Assembly (NCBI RefSeq): GCF_009914755.1
Contig: NC_060947.1
Length of the DNA stretch: 64,000 nucleotides
DNA from: the human T2T-CHM13v2.0 reference genome, Homo sapiens
Direction: 5' to 3' (one strand)
Of this stretch, positions 1 to 12,960 are shown piece after piece (within the stretch, counting starts at the first letter, position 1; the number at the start of each line of letters is the position of its first letter). A program made the translations under genes and the position numbers. The notes under the pieces were generated by a model. The model worked only from the letters and a program-made list of their open reading frames with translations, ran no database searches and was not told where the DNA came from.

Positions 1-349
1 GCAGACAGAGTTAGGAAGAAATGTGAAGCTGGCTCCAGTGAGCCAAGTATAACCCTTTTCTCCTCCAACCCCAAGCACTCCACTCGCATGGGACAAGTCC
101 ATGAAAGATATGAAACTGGCCAGTTTCTGTTTCAGAAGAAAAGTAACAGATCAACCCTCTGGGTTTTTGCTCACACTGGCTCGTCTACCTCAAACACATT
201 TCCCTATCCATCTTCATTCAGCTCAGCCCTTCTCAACCTTCAGAAATATAGAAGTATAGAAGTCTTCCTTTATCCCCAACGCTAAAGCTAAGTGAGGTTC
301 CTTTCCTCCAACTCTGAGGCTCCTGTCCAGATAACATTCTGTTTTAAGA

Positions 350-472
350 GTCTGTTTACTGCTTTGGGAGCTCCTTGAGAGCAGGTCCTGGAGCCCTTTC
401 ACCATTATATCCCTGGTGCTTAGCACAGTGCTTAACACAGAGAAAGGGGGTTAATAAGTCTTTATTGATTGA
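350..472 (+). mobile_element. L2 LINE 3' end fragment
   Basis: gagctccttgagagcagg...ccctggtgcttagcacagtgcttaacacagag...aataagtctttattgattgaa resembles the L2 3' terminus; boundaries approximate. Confidence 0.7.
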
Positions 473-644
473 AGCAGGGAGGGAGGGAGAAAAAGAGTGA
501 GAGATGGACCTTGAATTACCGTCCTCAAGCTGCCTCCGCCAAAAAACACAGCTAAGCAGTTGGAGTCGCAAAAGCACTGTTGCGGTTTTAAATGTGTTAA
601 TTTATTTTATCACTTTGATTACAAACCATCATTAGCCATCTAGC

Positions 645-900
645 ATTTCCATGTGGACTGTATAATATGACTTTGGACTGAGACTCCCTGCTTTGAACTC
701 ACTTCCTTCATTTACAAGCTCTGTAACTTTGAGACCAGCTGTGTATTTTCTTTGTGCCTTAACTTACTTTTCTGCTAACTGAGGAGAGTGGTAACACCAA
801 GCTCACAGAATGGTCACAAGAAAAAATGAAACAGTGTGTTCCACACTTAGCTGAGTGTTTGGCTCATGATCAGAGGTTTATAAATGTCAACTAGTACCGA
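645..900 (+). mobile_element. MIR SINE (degenerate)
   Basis: gactttggactgagac...tgtgccttaacttacttttctgctaactgagg...gtttggctcatg; MIR core and 3' tail pattern. Confidence 0.6.
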
Positions 901-2780
901 TAAACTGTTGTGCTCTGTATTTTCAGACAATTGACTTGTTTAGGGGAAAAAAAATGGATTCCCCAGCCATAAACACCTGATTCAAGAAACCCATGTACGT
1001 GTAAACAACCAGTTAGTTATTCCTTTCTTTTCCCTTTGCTTGCTCACCTCCTGTGACTGCTCTGGTTAGTAAGTGCAGTGAGTTGGCATGAAGGAGGGCC
1101 TGATGTAACAGACACCAGGGCCAACAGTGTTTTCCCGCCACCTCCTTTCTTGTTTTTGAGATTATGTGCATTTCAATTCATTCCACCTTGAGCCACCTTA
1201 CTCTTCTTCTTTGTTCCTCTTTGCTTTGTCTTTTTCTGTTACTTCACATAATCTCTTTATTCTTCCCATCTTTCTCCTCCTTTCTCTCTCTCTACCCATT
1301 CACACCAGTCATGCATCAATATGAGGGAGACAGAAGGTGAAAAAAAGCAAAAGAGAAAATCATTATAATTAACTCCTATAGCCCTTTAAGCAAGCGTGGA
1401 AGACTCCTAATCACCCTTTACTCTTTCAAATGCTTCCAAGCATGCATTCACTCCAAACCTCAGCATTCTTAGTCATTAAAAACATGTATTTAAATTTTTT
1501 TCTTAACACTTTGCAAAAGCTTTGTTTCCAACTATCTGTAGATTATTTATGCTAATAATATTCCCACTAAAAATTTTCTGCTAAAAATATTCCAACATAA
1601 TTCCAATTAAAATGTACATTATGGGTGCTGGGGTTTTCTTGGGGGCCGGAGGAAGATGCGGACTAATCTAAAAACCTGAACAGTCTAATAACATTACTTC
1701 TATAGGAGAATATTGTACAGCACAGCCTGTTTGCAAATGTAGAACTCCTTGTCTATGTCGTTGATCAAGTAGTTTAAATTACGGGCTTCTTTTGTCCCTC
1801 AGTGTCCTTTTTAGCTCCAGGAGAGCCTGGGCAAGGAGAGATGACCCCAAGCACCACGTATACACCAACACAAACACAGTCAGAGCATAGCCCTTTCAAG
1901 GGGCGTGTGCTTTTCTACAAAGAAACAACACTTTGCTTTTGTAAGATAGTCTATTCAAAGTATGTGGAGAGTAAGTACAGCAAGACCCAGCAGGATGTAT
2001 GTTTTGCTGAAAATCAGTATGTTGATCCTAGACACAAAGCTTATCTGTTTTGCTCAAAAAAACATATTTCTGAGCTTTTGCAGGATTGGATGGCAATCAA
2101 CACGAGGACTCCACATCGGCTCACTGTGAATGCTGTTTAGCTGAAGAGCCAGGTTGTTGGAAGGGCATCTGCCCTTTAGAAGTCTAAACTGAGTTCAACT
2201 GTTTCTTATCCAATGACTTTTAAACTTGTTTTTTTAAAAAATCCCCTTAATGCAGGAACAATCCCTTTATGACTCCAAAAATGTGGTTATGGTATAAGTG
2301 ATATAGTCACTGCACTAAGACATATTGGTAGACTGGCAAGGAGGTCTTTATAAGGTGTGGAATCCTGGGATGTCATTTCTAGTGGCAGTTACTTAGACAA
2401 GAAGAATTTCTTTAGATCAGAAGCCAGATCTGAATGCTAAGTTCCTAGGTAGGTAGAGGAAACTTGGTATGTAAGATCGTTGGTATGTATGATCTTCATT
2501 ATACAAAGATCAAGTTATCCTGAAAAGTCTTGAGTGATGGGGAAGGCCACCAAATATAATTGAAAAAGTTGTTCACTGCACAAGAGTGCCTGGCTGAGGG
2601 AGTAAGTAGAAGCTGAAATCCATGCTGCTCTTTGCTCCCCAAGACAAGAACCTACAGGGTTGCATCTGTCCAGAGGGGGCACCTTTGTCAAGTTCACACA
2701 CAGATGTCTTACAGGTTAGACAAGGCCCTTGGTGGCAGGGCTTCATGACGGCACCAGCCACATGCAACAGAAACACAGAA

Positions 2781-3157
2781 ACCATGGAATACTATGCAGC
2801 CACGAAAAGGAAGGAGATCATGTCCTTTGCAGGGACATGAATGGAGCTGGAAGCCGTTATTCTCAGCAAGCTAACATAGGAACAGAAAACCAAACACCAC
2901 ATGTTGTCACTTATAAGTGGGAGCTGAACGATGAGAACACATGGACACATGGAGGGAACAACACACACTGGGGCCTGTCAGGTGGCTGGGGCTTGGGCAG
3001 GGAGAGCACCAGGAACAATAGCTAATGAATGCTGGGCTTAATTCCTGGGTGATGGGTTGATTTGTGCAGCAAATCACCATGGTATACGTTTACCTATGTA
3101 ACATATCTGCACATCCTGCACATGACCCCAGAACTTAAAAGTTGAAGGAAAAAAAAA
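2781..3157 (+). mobile_element. L1 3' end (older primate L1PA/L1PB type), 5'-truncated
   Basis: ccatggaatactatgcagcc...gaacagaaaaccaaacaccacatgtt...tacctatgtaaca...gaacttaaaagttgaagg followed by an A-tail. Confidence 0.92.
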
Positions 3158-4264
3158 CAGGCAGACAGGAGCTTGACAATTTTGGCTTGAGGACACAAAT
3201 CCTAACACAGCACGTGAAAAACAATATGGCCTAAAAGCTCTGGAAACACACGGCCCAAACTAGGGTCAAAAAACTATTTTGTGAACCTTGTACCACTATC
3301 TATGCTTATTTCCTTTTGTTTTTCCTTAGAATTATATAAAGCTTTTGCAAGAGTTCCAGTCTGTCTTGACTGTGTTTAGAGGAACCATGGGAAAGGTTTT
3401 GTTTGATGCTTGTGTCACACTATTACAGAGTCATCTGCCTCCAGGGCTCAGAAAGGTGGTAATGAAAGAAATTAGAACTGCCCACCTTTACCCCCACTCC
3501 CCTCCCAGGGCGTCTTATAGAGCTCAGCCTACTTGGAAATCTTTTGGTTTGATTTTCCTTTTAATTAGGATAAGTTAGTAGAATTTCTTTATGTGTTTTT
3601 TGTGGGGTGGGTGGGGGAATGCTGAGGACCTTTCAGCCAACCCCGGAATTGATTCTCTTTGGGGGAAACAAAGGAAATTGTCCAGAAAGAGAGTAATAAA
3701 ATCTTATTTTCTGCTTTTTATGAGGATCTTCAAGGAATTCCATTTCATTTCACCCTCTCAGAAGAAAAATCAGAAGCTCACTCTAGCAACCATCGGAGTA
3801 GGAAGCCATCTGTTTGGGTGCCTTCTCCTCATAAAGTTGTGAAAAAAACAAAGTGCCCTTTCTGGCACTGTTGAGGCTTCCAGCAGGGCCTGAAATCTTC
3901 ACATAGTCAGCAAGCAAGTTAACAGAGTCAACTGTCTATCCCTTCAGGTCTTAGAGTGAGGACTTCCCTTTTTTCTTCTCCATTAGAAGAGGATAACTCT
4001 GGGTTATCACATGGGATGGCACCTAAGAATGTTCAGGAATTTCTGAGATGAAGCTGGATTGCCTGTCTTGTCAAAAACACTTTCTGTGGTCAATTCTCAA
4101 ATTCCCTGGAGTTTGTAAGAATTGCCTTTAACCCTTAGTATGTTGCTCTGAGAAAGAGCAATGCCTTGGACTGTGCGGGACATATACTTAATGCGCACTG
4201 TGGCCGGAAAATCCCAAGGCTCCCCTGACACCATGACTTTCCATTTATTTCTAATGTTTTTCAT

Positions 4265-4884
4265 TTTTTAAATTAAAAATAAATGTTGTGGTGAAATAAA
4301 CACAACATAAAATTTGTCATCTTAACTATTTTGAGTGTATAGTTCAGTAACATTAAGAACATTCACTTTGTTCTGCAACTAGTCTCCAGAACTCTTTTCA
4401 TCTTGCGAAATGGAAACTCTATACTCCTTTAAAAACAGCTCCTCATTTCCCCCTTTCCCAGCCTCTGATCACCACTACTCTATTTTGTGTCTCTATGACT
4501 CTGACTATTGTAGGTACCTCAGACAGGTGGAATCATACAGTATTTGTCCTCTTGTGTCTGACTTATTTTACTTAACATAATGTCCTCAATGTTCACCCAC
4601 GTTGTAGGATGTGTCCAAATTTCCCTCCTTTTTAACGCTGACTGATAATGTATGGTCACACCACATTTTGCTTATTCATTCATCCGTTAATGAACACTTG
4701 GGTTGCTTCCACATTTTGGCTATTGTGAATCAAGTTGCTATGAACATGAGTATATAAACATTTCTTTAGGACTCTGCTTTCAATCCTTTTGATTATATAC
4801 CCAGAAGTGGAATTGCTAGACCATAAGGTAATTCTACTTTTAATTTTTTTCCAGAACTACCATGCTGTTTTCCATAATGGCTGC
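4265..4884 (-). mobile_element. L1MB-type 3' end
   Basis: gtggtgaaataaacacaacataaaattt...ggaatcatacagtatttgtcc...cccagaagtggaattgctagacc; antisense old L1 3'UTR/ORF2 end. Confidence 0.88.
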
Positions 4885-4899
4885 ACAACATCACTTTTC

Positions 4900-5197
4900 T
4901 ATTTATTGATTGATTGAGACAGAGTCTCACTCTGTCACCCAGACTGTAGTGCAATGACGCAGTCTCAGCTCACTGCAACCTCTGCCTCCTGGTTCAAGCA
5001 ATTCTCCTGCCTCAGCCTCCCAAGTAGCTGGGATTACAGGCGCCCACTACTACGCCTGGCTAGTTTTTTTGTATTTTTAGTAGAGACAAAGTTTCGCTAT
5101 GTTGGCCAGGCTGCTCGAATTCCTGACTTCAGGTGATCCGCCCTCCTCGGCCTCCCAAAGTTCTGGGATTTACAGGCGTGAGCCACTGCACCCTGCC
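4900..5197 (-). mobile_element. AluS, full length
   Basis: Dimeric Alu reverse complement; 15-bp TSD acaaca(t/c)cacttttc at 4885-4899 and 5198-5212. Confidence 0.97.
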
Positions 5198-5294
5198 ACA
5201 ACACCACTTTTCATTTAGACCTACCTGTGCATCCTCTGTGTACGCTTTAGGAGTTTTCACTCATGAAGATGAAAATGACCATCCTTTTAAAAGT

Positions 5295-5575
5295 ATTTTT
5301 ATACAAGTGTTTTATTATAGAAAATTTTAAATATATACAAAATAAACAAAGTAGTATAATTGACCTCTGACCCAACATCAGCAACTACTAATCAAGTGCT
5401 ATTTTTGTTTTATATGTGCTTTAACCCATTCCTCACCCTCACATTTTTTTTAGTTCTTTTTGTGTGTGTAAGGTCTGATGTACATACACTGAAAGGCACA
5501 AATTTTATTTATTTATATATTTTTTGCCTTTTCTTATGATGCTGATGAAAGGTACAAATTTTAACTGCACAGTGG
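5295..5575 (-). mobile_element. Old L1M (L1MC/L1ME-like) 3' end fragments
   Basis: ttttattatagaaaattttaaatatatacaaaa...gtagtataat and tacatacactgaaaggcacaaattttaactgcacagt resemble old L1M 3' termini. Confidence 0.55.
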
Positions 5576-7206
5576 AAATGACCATCTTGGTCATTTGCAA
5601 CAGCCTTTTCCTCTTCCTGCATCCTTCATCAAAAGCAAGACACCTTGGCAGAAGAGACTATTCGGATTAGCCTCAATGACAGTTTTGTTTCTTGAATTGG
5701 GAAAAACATGTTAAAGTCCCCTTAATGGTATAGTTCAATCCATATTTTCTTTTCTTAGGAGTATTTTGACCAAGACTATTCACTGAATATAAAGTCACTA
5801 AAGTGTTGGAGACTTTATATGGCTTTGCACTTACAATGGTTGATTTCATTTCAAGATCACAAAATACTTCATTCTCAAGTAACCATCATGATTATAATTC
5901 TATGATAGTGGAGGAACTGAGGAGCAAAATGTTTAAATTACTTACCCAGGAAGATCCTGGGATGTGGTGGCTGAGCAAAGAAGGAATGCCAAGAGTCTCT
6001 GGTCCTCTGTCTTAATCTCCAACCTACATTTGCTCAAGGAGCATGGCAGATCTAACAAGGGCCATGGGTTCCAGGAGCTGCCTTTGAGAGACTGACAGGT
6101 TAGCCAGATGCAGCCGAAGAGAACTAGCGACATTTAACACCAGGCTTATCTTACCAAGAAGAGGAGAATCTGACCTTGGACAATGAAAAAATCTCAAGGG
6201 AGGTTATTTTCTAGTGAAAAGAATAAGGAAGAATGAACTCTCTTAAGATTATGATCAACAAATAAGAAAACAGTTAAAATGCATGTGTGAGGGTTTGGAG
6301 AATATCACCAACTAATGAAAAGTTACAGGCACATCTTGGCTTCTAGAAGCATTCCAGCCTAGTAGGAGTAAACATGGACGATATGGATCAGCAAGGCAGC
6401 CAATCATCTCCCTGGCCCAGTGAGCACAGACCCTGGTTCTAATAAAAGACTCGTCATCCTGTTGTTTATGAGGGTATACACAACTCCCTCAGGGATCCTG
6501 TAAAATTCCTTTGACTTGCCTGCAACATCCCTATATTCTGGTGTTTTGCATTTTCTAGATTATGTAACAATGAGGAAAAAATATGCATCCAGCTACATTA
6601 ACATTTGCTTATTTTCTGTGACTTGACGGTAATTTACAGAGATGCAGTGGAGCAAACCCTCCTTTCTCACAGAAACACTGCATAAACAGAGCAGTTAATC
6701 TTCCAAATGAACATATCATTCTTTCTATTGTATGTCTCTGGAAAATGTTCAATCCAGTTGGGGTCATGTGGACTCAGTAAAAGTTACAAACCAGTTAGAC
6801 CTTGTCCTTTCAGTGGCCATGCAGATGTTAGAGATTGAGGAAAACAGATGAGTTCTTCCAGATTTTTCTTGTTGTATATACCCTGCACGTACAAACAACA
6901 AGATAATGTTTTAAGTGATTAATTTCTATAAGGGTATTGGGGCCACATGAGTCTATTTCAGGTGCATAAATCACCTATAAAAAGATAGACTCTAATAGAA
7001 GAACTTCCTATTTTTAAAGTGATTTTAGGAAAGATTTCTCTGATTATGAGAGAAGCCTGAACAGAGCCAGTCCTAGAGCAGTGGGGGCAACAGCCTGGGA
7101 CCCCTTGCACTAGAAAGACTCAGGGGATGTCAGAGGAGAGCAGAAGGAGGAAGCTCTATCAGCCGGGGCTAAAAACGGAGGCACAGGCAATTATGCCATC
7201 TCCTCA

Positions 7207-8293
7207 TGACTCATGCCCAAGGCCAGGTTAGTGATACTGACCCTCCCCCAGGGCACATCCCTCCAAAAGGCAGGCTTTTTTCTGGTTTTCATCTACTTCA
7301 AGGCCATTTGAGGCTTACTTTAGCCTCATTTTAAGTTAATAAAAACGCTGTGGTTAGAAGGTAGAGAAAGAATGGAAGGAAGGAGTGTATACTTTGTCCC
7401 AGGGTTTAAACCCCCTGCCTCTGAGTCATCTGTATTGTTTCAGGTCATATTCTATCATGTACTGCTTGATATATGATACATCCTAGAAGACTATCCAAAG
7501 ATCTTCAAATCCTTCTCTTTGTGAAAATTTTGCACAGGAAGTTACCTGACTAACCATAAAGTAGTAAATTGGTTAAATTGGAATACCTCACTCTACAAAA
7601 GCCTTTAGCAAAAATGTACAGCCGTATGATTGATGGTGGCCTTGCTGTAAATCCAAAATGGGTCACAATCCTATAATGCATTATTAATTGCTTCCCAGGA
7701 TCGGGTTAAATCAGGCTTTCTGTATTTATTTTTTTTAATTGGAGCCAAAAGCACACAGCAAAAGGCATTCAGTGAAACACATAGGATAAGACACAAAGGA
7801 TTATAAAAGCCTGAGCAAATGCCGATATGTCACTAAATGCATCTAAACCTCTTCCTTTTTCTTCTTGTTTTAAAGAAATTCTCCAACTTGATAGTGATTG
7901 CATTTGATGTACACTCAAGAAGCTCAAAGAGAAAAGTACCTATTTTCTCCAAATTACTTTTATACTGCCCCTACCCCCAAAGCATTTTTACATCTCTGGC
8001 TTCATAAAATCCCTGGAACTCTAAGTAGAATGAGGATTAGTACTGACTCATCCTGGCAGGTAGGCTATGGGGTGTCACTCCAGTGCTCCCCACAGCACTT
8101 GTGTGAAGCAAGAACTGGGCTCTCCCGGAGGTGAGGAAGACACTGACTAGCCTACAGGATCGCTACGCGAGCAATCCTCAGCTCATGCTTAAAAGCCACA
8201 CTGTCTGTGTTCTTATTTTCTCTTCTCACTGACTGTGTTCTCCTTATTGGCCCAGACTATTCAATGAAGGCCAGAATAACTTTTCTTGAGTCA
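7207..8293. promoter_or_regulatory. Candidate enhancer: four perfect AP-1 sites plus RUNX and PBX/HOX motifs
   Basis: TGASTCA at 7207, 7422, 8044 and 8287; TGTGGTT at 7349; TGATTGATGG at 7627; repeat-poor context; motif evidence only. Confidence 0.35.
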
Positions 8294-9262
8294 GCCAAAA
8301 CCACTTTCTAAGAAGAAAATCACATGGAAGATAGCTCCAACAACTTGGGTGCCTTCTCCCTCCCTTGATTTCATGAGGGCACTGAGAAGCTATTAGTGAC
8401 CTGAGCCGTCCCCAGATGGGAATCAAAAGAACTAACTTGTCAGGGAAGAAAGCCTGACTGGGGTCAACATGCTCCTTATAGTTTAGTTCCTAAGTGCTCT
8501 TTGTTTCTTTGTGTTCTGTGCCAATTAGTCCATCATGGTATGTCTCTCATGAGGAGAACATACTCATAAATCTAACTGGAAACCGGAACGTGGCATAACC
8601 ATTTGACTATGGGAAAAATCGATTTGATTTATGAGGTATTATGAACCAGTGAGCCGTATTGTACTTTCTTCTCTGTTGCCTGGCTTAACTGCGCTGGCAA
8701 TGAAGTCGGTCACTCAGCCTCACAATTGCAGGATTCATGGCTTGCCTCTAGCAGCGAGATGGGTCAGGGAGGACAGGGTGAAGAGCCTGAGGAAGAGCTG
8801 CTCCTTAATTACTGCTTATTTGAATATTAAATTATTCCTCATGAAAACAGCTAGATTCAGCAGTCTGTGGATCAGGCTACATTTTTCTGTTAATGTGACC
8901 TAGAGCCCTGGCTCCTGAGAACTCTGAGAAAGCCCATGCTCATATAAATATTCTGAGGAGTCTTGTGAATCAGAGGCAGGCAGCCATTTCCAAAAGGGAC
9001 ACCATTACAAAGTCCTCACAATTCAGCTACTTTAAGGGAATTTGGTCTAGAGGGCACATTAAATACATTATGATTCCTCTGAGAATACATCCATGTACAT
9101 ATTTCTTACACTCCAAATGGCATTTGGTGGAGGCCAGTGACTTTCTTTCCTGTGGGTTTAGGAACAGAAATCTATTTTGCTTCCATTTGTATGGTGAATG
9201 TGGGTCAACTCAAAGTGGGGGAAACTTGTCCTCCCACACGGGTACCATCTGGGTGCAACCTT

Positions 9263-9586
9263 ACTTTTTACAGTAAATTAAGAAACATTTTACCCAGTAG
9301 GTCACTTTCTGGATTTCCAATGGAAGTATTTTTGCCCAAAAGGGAATTACTATTGTCAAAGTTGTCTTTATGAATTGCGCTTGAGGTCAAATTAAGAACC
9401 GCCTTTGGGGCTCAATTACAGAATCATAGAAATCATAGGCCTTGAAGGAAAAATAGCTCTTTTGCTTCCTGTAAAAAAAGTCAAACTTGAACTTGTAAAG
9501 ATTGAGCCACACCAAGAGCTAAGAAAGGAATATTTCCTCTTCTTTCTCTTATTCCAGGGCTGAATTTAACTAATGAAATGGAGCAG
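9263..9586 (+). repeat. Dispersed direct duplication, copy A
   Basis: Aligns end to end with 13755-14079; about 28 differences in ~325 bp by manual alignment. Confidence 0.96.
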
Positions 9587-9612
9587 AATGTTCCACCCAG
9601 GAACACCACTTT

Positions 9613-10340
9613 TTTTTTAATATTTAAAAAATATGTTTAATGTTTAATTTAATTTACATTTATTTGATTACTAGTAAGTTTACATAATTTTAGAAATTAT
9701 GTGTATTAGTTACTTGCTTTTTTTTTAATACTTTAAGTTCTAGGGTACATGTGCACAACGTGCAGGTTTGTTACATATGTATACATGTGCCATGTTGGTG
9801 TGCTGCACCCATTAACTCGTCATTTACATTAGGTATTTCTCCTAATGCTAACCCTTCCCCAGCCTCCCATCCCCTGACAGGCCCCAGTGTGTGATGTTCC
9901 CCATCCTGTGTCCAAGTGCTCTCATTGTTCAATTCCCACCTATAAGTGAGAACATGCGGTGTTTGGTTTTCTGTCCTTGCGATAGTTTGTTGAGAATGAT
10001 GGTTTCCAGCTTCATCCATGTCCCTACAAAGGACATGAGCTCATCCTTTTTTTATAGCTGCATAGTATTTCATGGTGTATATGTGCCACATTTTCTTAAT
10101 CCAGCCTATCATTGATGGACATTTGGGTTGGTTCCAAGTCTTTGCTATTGTGAATAGTGCCGCAATAAACATATGTGTGCATGTGTCTTTATAGCAGCAT
10201 GATTTATAATCCTTTGGGTAAATACCCAGTAATGGGATGGCTGGGTCAAATGGTATTTCCAGTTCTAGATCCTTGAGGAATCACCACACTGTCTTCCACA
10301 ATGGTTGAACTAATTTACAGTCCCGCCAACAGTGTAAAAG
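9613..10340 (-). mobile_element. 5'-truncated L1PA (about L1PA5-7) with 3' transduction (9619-9717)
   Basis: L1 3'UTR/ORF2 end at 9727-10340, T-tract 9718-9726, extra ~100 bp, second T-tract 9610-9618; 14-bp TSD aggaacaccacttt at 9599-9612 and 10341-10354. Confidence 0.95.
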
Positions 10341-11339
10341 AGGAACACCACTTTCAAAGGAAGCACGATAAACTGTGCTTCTGCCATCTCTGCAGAGGGC
10401 CCCACCCCAGAGCATTTTGGGAACTCCTGGTCATGAGGAAAGAGCAAGCAAAGAAGGGCTGAAGTGGGAATTGGGGACAAAACTCCCTGGGGCCAGCAAA
10501 TGTGCCTCTCTCCAGGGAAAGTATATCAGGGTAAATCTCTAAATCTAAATGGGCATAGCAAACTTAGGTGTGTCCAAACGTAGGGCAGGGAGGTGATGAG
10601 GCTCCCAAGCAGTAGTGTTAATGATGAATGAGCTTAGAAAATGGGACCAGGCTTATGGGGCTGGCAGAAAGTACTTTTGACTGTAAGCCCCATGAAAGGC
10701 TCCATCTGTCTTATTTATATAGTGCTCTGTGCTCAAGGCAGGGCCAGCCACACATTAGGTAATACTTCCAATAACAATACTTGGAATGAACAAAATAATT
10801 GAGGCTCCCCAGTTGACAAAGTGAGAACACTAATGGGTATAATAATAGTTGCATCTGTCTCAAAGAGTAGTTGTTAACAGGTAGGATGGCATTTGTTAAC
10901 ATACATACGATGCTTAGAATATTGCCTGGCACATAATGATCTCCCCCTGGCATGTCTACTTATAGAACAAGAGGCTAGATTCAGTCCTTCTCACTATTGG
11001 TGAGGGAGCTCCCACTTCAGGCCAAGCCTCCATTGATTCCAGGCCACACATAAGTGGGGACAAGGCTGGCAGGGACCAACAGACCTATTGAGGCTTGGGC
11101 AAAGTACCAGCTCGGGCCTTCATCCTCACTTGTCTGTAGCCAAGTAGTTAATAGCTGGGGCTTTGGAGTTAGAAAGTCAGGTTCAAATTCCTCCTATTAT
11201 ATTTTTTGTGACTCCAGGCAAGTCACAAAATGTGCAAAGCATCAGATCTCTCATCTATAAAATAGGGACGATAGTGGTCTTTACTGAAGGGTTGTTGTGA
11301 GAGCTAAATGAGAAAATACCAAATTTTGGGCACAGGGAC

Positions 11340-12090
<751 letters not shown>

Positions 12091-12281
12091 GAGACTGATC
12101 CAAAGGAAGCACTCAATAATGGTAGCTATAGTGAATACTATTATTAATAAGCCATACTCTGATCTAGCATCCTATTCTTACTGTTCTCATGCTTAGGACC
12201 CTAAGATATAGTGCCTTGCATGGAGTGAGTGTTTAATAATTGCATGTGCCTAACTCATCCTCCATTTCTTTACCTCTTATT

Positions 12282-12650
12282 CTGGGCTTGCTCATGTGTC
12301 TTTTAGGTTGGGGCAGGGAGGGCTAACAGTCAGCAAAAGAGCTAAGCTTCATTTCAAGCTGCAGGTGCAGCTGGTTCAAGTGAGCTCCAAGTGTGTCTCA
12401 TTTTCTTCCTGAGACCTGTGGTTAGTTGGGGCATATTATTCTCATGGAAGTATCTGAAGCACAATAGTGCAAGTCCAGACATGCAACCACATTTTAAGTT
12501 ATATTTGCTAACATCGCATGGGTAAGACATGTCACATGGGCAAGTCTAAACCAAACTGGGGGGAAATACACACTCTGTGGGAAGAACAGCAAGGTCACGT
12601 GACAAAAGGCATAGCTGTATGGAGAGATGAGGAATCAGGACCAATAATCA
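12282..12650 (-). mobile_element. Old MaLR LTR fragment (MLT1H/I-like)
   Basis: ctgggcttgctcatgtgtc...gtcacatgggcaagtc...aaggtcacgtgacaaaaggcat; degenerate MLT1 pattern. Confidence 0.6.
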
Positions 12651-12759
12651 GAAAGTATTTCCTGATGATTCCCCCAAGAAATTAAAATTCCACACCTAGA
12701 GTGCCATAATCCCTTGGATATGCTTCTACACTAGTACTTGCTCACTAGCTTCTAGATGT

Positions 12760-12960
12760 CTGTTTTCTGGGTTCCCCCATTAACTGGGAGCTTTTCAAAG
12801 GCAAAGATGGTGTCTTATTCTTTTCTCTATCCCTAGCACCTAGCACAATGCCTGCTGTGTAGCAGGTATCTCATGAATGAATGTTTGTTTTCATTGCTGA
12901 ATGTATGTTTTTTCCATGAATGAATGGATGTTCTCATGAATGAATGGATGTTCATTACCC
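12760..12960 (+). mobile_element. L2 3' end with (TGAA)n-like tail containing a 20-bp tandem duplication
   Basis: gggagcttttcaaaggcaaagatggtgtc...cctagcacctagcacaatgcctg; catgaatgaatggatgttc occurs twice at about 12916-12953. Confidence 0.75.

Noticed and set aside
2464-2494. 16-bp tandem duplication ttggtatgta(a/t)gatc
   Set aside because: Ordinary slippage duplication with two units; not a CRISPR-like or functional array.
2668-2683. CTCF-like motif tccagagggggcac (similar partial hits near 8743, 50006 and 63334)
   Set aside because: Several mismatches to the core consensus; not supportable without ChIP data.
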